Of a DNA stretch of 32,000 bases, positions 28,338-32,000 are shown piece by piece; the stretch's first letter is position 1; every line of letters begins with the position of its first letter. This stretch comes from Nitrosospira multiformis ATCC 25196 (GTDB lineage Bacteria > Pseudomonadota > Gammaproteobacteria > Burkholderiales > Nitrosomonadaceae), in NCBI RefSeq assembly GCF_000196355.1, contig NC_007614.1:2790001-2822000 (forward strand). Direction: 5' to 3'. Both the position numbers and the translations under genes were made by a program. The notes under the pieces are model-generated. The model worked only from the letters and a program-made list of their open reading frames with translations. It had not been told where the DNA came from and did not search any database.

Positions 28338-28393
28338 GTTCTTAATTTGGATACCCCATTGGGGTTCTTGATTATTTGCAAAAGGAGTTAGCG

Positions 28394-29221
28394 ATGTCTG
28401 CAATTACACCTGAGACCATTGCAGTTGGTCATAAGAGGGAGAGCAGTGCGAGCAGTGCAGCGTACGACATGTCGGAATGGTATGACTCCAGGTTCTACAA
28501 GCTGGGTCTGCTGCCGATACTGGGAATGGCGGTTTTCTGGGTCTGGTTTCAACGCACCTATGCCTATTCCCACGGGATGGACTCCATGGAGCCGGAGTTC
28601 GAGCAAATCTGGATGGGGCTGTGGCGTTTCCAGATGATGCTCTGGCCAACCCTCGCCCTGATCGTCTGGGGCTGGATATGGAAGACGCGCGATACCCAGG
28701 AGCAACTCGCAAGCCTTGCGGTGAAAAAGGAAATCAAGCGGTACTTCTATTTCCTCATGTGGCTTGGTGTGTACATGTTCGCCGTCTACTGGGGATCGAG
28801 CTTCTTCACCGAACAGGATGCTTCCTGGCATCAGGTGATCATCCGTGACACGAGCTTTACACCCAGCCATATACCGCTGTTCTATGGGGCGTTCCCGATG
28901 TACATCATCATGGGCGTGTCGACTTTCCTGTATGCAAGTACGCGCTTGCCGCTCTACAACAAGGGAACTTCGTTTCCGCTGCTGATGGCCATCGCAGGTC
29001 CGCTGATGAGCCTTCCGAACGTGGGCCTCAATGAGTGGGGGCACGCCTTCTGGTTCATGGAGGAACTCTTCAGCGCACCGCTGCACTGGGGCTTCGTGGT
29101 GCTGGCCTGGGCAGCCCTGTTCTCCGGCGGCATTGCCGTCCAGGTGATCGCACGGTTCTCCAACCTCATGGACGTGCAGTGGAACAGGCAAAGCCGGGTA
29201 ATCCTGGATAACGTTGTCTAA
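28394..29221 (+). CDS. amoC: Ammonia monooxygenase subunit C, solitary copy
   Basis: [15 protein letters not shown]...[27 protein letters not shown]...[10 protein letters not shown]...[24 protein letters not shown]...[38 protein letters not shown]; AAGGAG 5' of ATG. No amoA or amoB follows. Confidence 0.97.
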   Translation: MSAITPETIAVGHKRESSASSAAYDMSEWYDSRFYKLGLLPILGMAVFWVWFQRTYAYSHGMDSMEPEFEQIWMGLWRFQMMLWPTLALIVWGWIWKTRDTQEQLASLAVKKEIKRYFYFLMWLGVYMFAVYWGSSFFTEQDASWHQVIIRDTSFTPSHIPLFYGAFPMYIIMGVSTFLYASTRLPLYNKGTSFPLLMAIAGPLMSLPNVGLNEWGHAFWFMEELFSAPLHWGFVVLAWAALFSGGIAVQVIARFSNLMDVQWNRQSRVILDNVV

Positions 29222-29261
29222 AGAACCAGCCTTCAAGTCCAGATCGTAACAGCGTGGTACA

Positions 29262-29292
29262 CCCCATCCGCTTTCACAGGGATGGGGTTTTT
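29262..29292 (+). terminator. Rho-independent terminator after amoC
   Basis: CCCCATCC (29262..29269), loop, GGATGGGG (29280..29287), then TTTTT. Confidence 0.9.
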
Positions 29293-29523
29293 GGCAAAAA
29301 CAGCATCACCGGAAAGTCTCTGGCGCTTCTCTTCCAGTCCTCCTCCAGGGAAATCACCTCTACACCTCTCGCCGTCATGCCCGGCTTTTTACCCCGGATT
29401 GCCTCAGTTTCCGTGAACATCATCTTCCGCATATAGGCGCCAAAGTCCTGAAAATGACAGCCTCAAAAACTCCAAAAATACCTTTTGACACCTGTCGGAA
29501 AATATAGGACTATTGCGCCTTGG

Positions 29524-29571
29524 ACACTAGAGATAGTTGAACACACTCTCATGCACTACTATATATAGTAG
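29524..29571 (+). promoter_or_regulatory. Tandem NrdR-box-like sites upstream of nrdA
   Basis: ACACTAGAGATAGTTG (29524..29539) and CTACTATATATAGTAG (29556..29571). The second contains a perfect CTATATATAG core. The start-to-start distance is 32 bp. Confidence 0.75.
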
Positions 29572-29599
29572 TCCACAGGTTTTCCACAGCATTTCCACA
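29572..29599 (+). promoter_or_regulatory. Three DnaA-box-like TCCACA motifs with 11-bp spacing
   Basis: TCCACAGGTTT-TCCACAGCATT-TCCACA; CCACA begins at 29573, 29584 and 29595. The middle copy, TTTTCCACA, differs from TTATCCACA at one position. Confidence 0.5.
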
Positions 29600-29667
29600 A
29601 CACCTAAAATATCAGGCTTTGCCCAGGGATTCGGTACATTTCCCTTACAAATGAGGAGCATCCAGTC

Positions 29668-32000
29668 ATGCAGCTTTCCACAGATCAAACACCCCGGCCG
29701 GCAATGGCAGGCTACGAGTTTTCTTCGAACCCTTCCGGCCACGATCCGCGCTATTCCCAATACAAGATCATTCGCCGCAATGGCTCAGTGGCCGGATTCG
29801 AACCGAACAAAATCTCCATTGCCATGACGAAAGCGTTTCTCGCAGTCGAGGGCAGCCAGGGGGCTGCTTCGGCCAGGGTACGCGAAGTGGTGGCGCGCCT
29901 GACCGAAGATGTGGTGAACGCCTTGATGCGCCGCCAGCCCTCGGGTGGAACCTTTCATATCGAGGATATCCAGGATCAGGTGGAACTGGCATTGATGCGC
30001 TCGGGCGAGCATGATGTGGCGCGGGCCTATGTGCTGTACCGCGAGGATCGCGCGCGCAAGCGGGCGCAGCAAAAGGAAGCGGGTGCAGCGGAGGCGGCCG
30101 GCAGCGTCCTGAACGTGCTCGAGGACGGGCGCAGGGTTCCGCTCGATACCGCGAGACTGTTGGCGCTGATCGGCTCCTGCTGCGAAGGTCTGGGTGAGGG
30201 GGTCGATCCTGCGCTGATACTTAAAGCCACGCTCAAGGATTTATATGATGGAGTGCCGATGGAGGAAGTAAGGAAATCGGTAATCCTGTCAGCACGGGCG
30301 TTGCTGGAAAAAGAGCCGGCCTACAGCTACGTCACGGCGCGACTGCTGCTGCACTCGCTCCGCTTCGAGGTGCTGGGCGAGGAAATCGTACAAAGGGAAA
30401 TGGCCGGGCGCTATATGGAATATTTCCCGGCCTTCATAAAGCGCGGAATCGAAGCCGAACTGCTGGATGAGCGGCTGGCGCAGTTTGACTTGCCCAGGCT
30501 GGCACAAGCCCTCCATGCGGAGCGCGATCTCAAATTTGGCTATCTCGGTTTGCAAACCTTGTATGACCGTTATTTTCTGCATATACAGGAGCGCCGCATC
30601 GAGTTGCCGCAGGCATTTTTCATGCGGGTGGCGATGGGGCTTGCATTGAACGAAATCGATCGTGAAGCACGGGCGATAGAGTTCTACCATGTGCTGTCCA
30701 ACTTTGATTTCATGAGTTCCACACCCACCCTGTTTAATTCCGGCACACGCCGCTCGCAGCTGTCTTCATGCTATCTCACGACAGTGCCGGACGACCTGGA
30801 TGGGATTTACGAGGGAATCAAGGAAAACGCGCTGCTTGCCAAGTATGCCGGAGGACTGGGTAATGATTGGACGCGTGTGCGGGCGATGGGATCGCATATC
30901 AAGGGCACCAACGGCAAGTCCCAGGGCGTAGTCCCCTTTCTCAAGGTAGTATCCGACACGGCCGTGGCGGTAAACCAGGGCGGCAAACGCAAAGGCGCCG
31001 TTTGTGCCTACCTCGAATCCTGGCATTTGGATATCGAGGAGTTTCTGGAACTGCGCAAGAATACCGGGGACGATCGCCGGCGCACGCATGACATGAACAC
31101 GGCCACATGGGTTCCCGACCTGTTCATGAAACGGGTAATGGAAGGGGGCGAATGGACGCTCTTTTCGCCTTCCGACGTGCCCGATCTGCACGAAAAGTAT
31201 GGCAAGGCATTTGAGCAGGCTTATCTCGCCTACGAGGATAAAGTCGCGCGCGGCGAACTCGACCTGTACAAGACGATACCCGCGGTGCAGTTATGGCGCA
31301 AAATGCTGAGCATGCTGTTTGAAACCGGGCACCCATGGATCACCTTCAAGGATGCCTGCAATATCCGCTCGCCGCAAAACCATATAGGGGTGGTGCACAG
31401 TTCCAATCTCTGCACCGAGATAACGCTGAATACCAATGATCAGGAAATCGCGGTATGCAACCTTGGTTCGATCAATCTGGCAGCCCACATCGATGATGGC
31501 GGGAAGCTGGATGCCGACAAGCTCAAGCGTACTGTCAGCCTCGCCATGCGCATGCTCGACAATGTGATCGATATCAATTTCTATGCCGTGGCCAAGGCGC
31601 GCAACTCCAATCTCAGGCACCGGCCGGTCGGGCTGGGTATCATGGGTTTCCAGGATTGCCTGCACAGGATGCGCATTCCCTACGCTTCGGACGAAGCAGT
31701 GGAATTTGCGGACCGTACCATGGAAGCGATGGCCTACCATGCCTACTGGGCCTCGACCGAACTGGCCGAAGAGCGGGGACGTTATGCTTCCTATCGCGGC
31801 AGTCTGTGGGACCGCGGCATTCTGCCCCAGGATACGCTCGACCTGCTGCAGGAAGAACGCGGCGGATACATCGAGGCGGACAGATCATCGACGCTGGACT
31901 GGGAAGCGCTGCGCGAACGCATCAGAAACCATGGCATGCGTAACTCCAACTGCCTCGCAATAGCGCCCACCGCGACCATTTCGAACATTGTCGGCGTTTC
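29668..32000 (+). CDS. nrdA: Class Ia ribonucleoside-diphosphate reductase alpha subunit, 5' part (runs off window)
   Basis: Open to window end. ATP-cone-like N-terminus YKIIRRNGSVAGFEPNKISIAMTKAF; catalytic domain FDFMSSTPTLFNSGTRRSQLSSCYLTTVPDDLDGIY, YAGGLGNDWTRVRAMGSHI, NLGSINLAAHI, NSNLRHRPVGLGIMGFQDCL, NSNCLAIAPTATISNIVG. Confidence 0.97.
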   Translation, partial: MQLSTDQTPRPAMAGYEFSSNPSGHDPRYSQYKIIRRNGSVAGFEPNKISIAMTKAFLAVEGSQGAASARVREVVARLTEDVVNALMRRQPSGGTFHIEDIQDQVELALMRSGEHDVARAYVLYREDRARKRAQQKEAGAAEAAGSVLNVLEDGRRVPLDTARLLALIGSCCEGLGEGVDPALILKATLKDLYDGVPMEEVRKSVILSARALLEKEPAYSYVTARLLLHSLRFEVLGEEIVQREMAGRYMEYFPAFIKRGIEAELLDERLAQFDLPRLAQALHAERDLKFGYLGLQTLYDRYFLHIQERRIELPQAFFMRVAMGLALNEIDREARAIEFYHVLSNFDFMSSTPTLFNSGTRRSQLSSCYLTTVPDDLDGIYEGIKENALLAKYAGGLGNDWTRVRAMGSHIKGTNGKSQGVVPFLKVVSDTAVAVNQGGKRKGAVCAYLESWHLDIEEFLELRKNTGDDRRRTHDMNTATWVPDLFMKRVMEGGEWTLFSPSDVPDLHEKYGKAFEQAYLAYEDKVARGELDLYKTIPAVQLWRKMLSMLFETGHPWITFKDACNIRSPQNHIGVVHSSNLCTEITLNTNDQEIAVCNLGSINLAAHIDDGGKLDADKLKRTVSLAMRMLDNVIDINFYAVAKARNSNLRHRPVGLGIMGFQDCLHRMRIPYASDEAVEFADRTMEAMAYHAYWASTELAEERGRYASYRGSLWDRGILPQDTLDLLQEERGGYIEADRSSTLDWEALRERIRNHGMRNSNCLAIAPTATISNIVGV

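Noticed and set aside
30289-31740. Several 100-149 aa minus-strand ORFs
   Set aside because: All antisense to nrdA, which is a clear continuous coding region in the plus direction.
1-32000. CRISPR array or defence island
   Set aside because: No regularly spaced direct repeats and no cas, restriction, toxin-antitoxin or other recognisable defence genes seen; the only mobile unit identified is the single IS.

Overview
The 32 kb window looks like chromosome of a betaproteobacterial ammonia oxidizer, probably Nitrosospira-like. That assignment is inferred from a solitary amoC and overall gene style, not from a database search. Most of it is ordinary housekeeping: a UbiH-family hydroxylase, dsbC, mltA, gdhA, an aldehyde dehydrogenase, slt, an NDUFA9-like protein, cca, msrA, an SDR, dsbA, a SPOR protein, argS, a rhomboid protease, DUF1080 and DUF1259 proteins, and the start of nrdA. 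One tRNA-Met(CAT) is present on the minus strand. The most interesting readable structures are: (1) a YukJ/DUF2278-like gene with a C-terminal lamin-tail-like region, split by an 843-bp IS5-family element; removing 845 bp (element plus one TA target copy) restores a 345-aa reading frame; (2) a canonical A_AAA_AAG -1 frameshift site joining the two transposase ORFs; (3) a solitary amoC, without amoA or amoB, preceded by a leader with a mini-ORF and a terminator-like hairpin; (4) an nrdA upstream region with two NrdR-box-like sites exactly 32 bp apart, followed by three DnaA-box-like TCCACA motifs at exact 11-bp spacing; (5) an orphan ParB-like gene beside a decayed alpha/beta-hydrolase fragment. 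I found no CRISPR array and no convincing new multi-gene defence or biosynthetic system.
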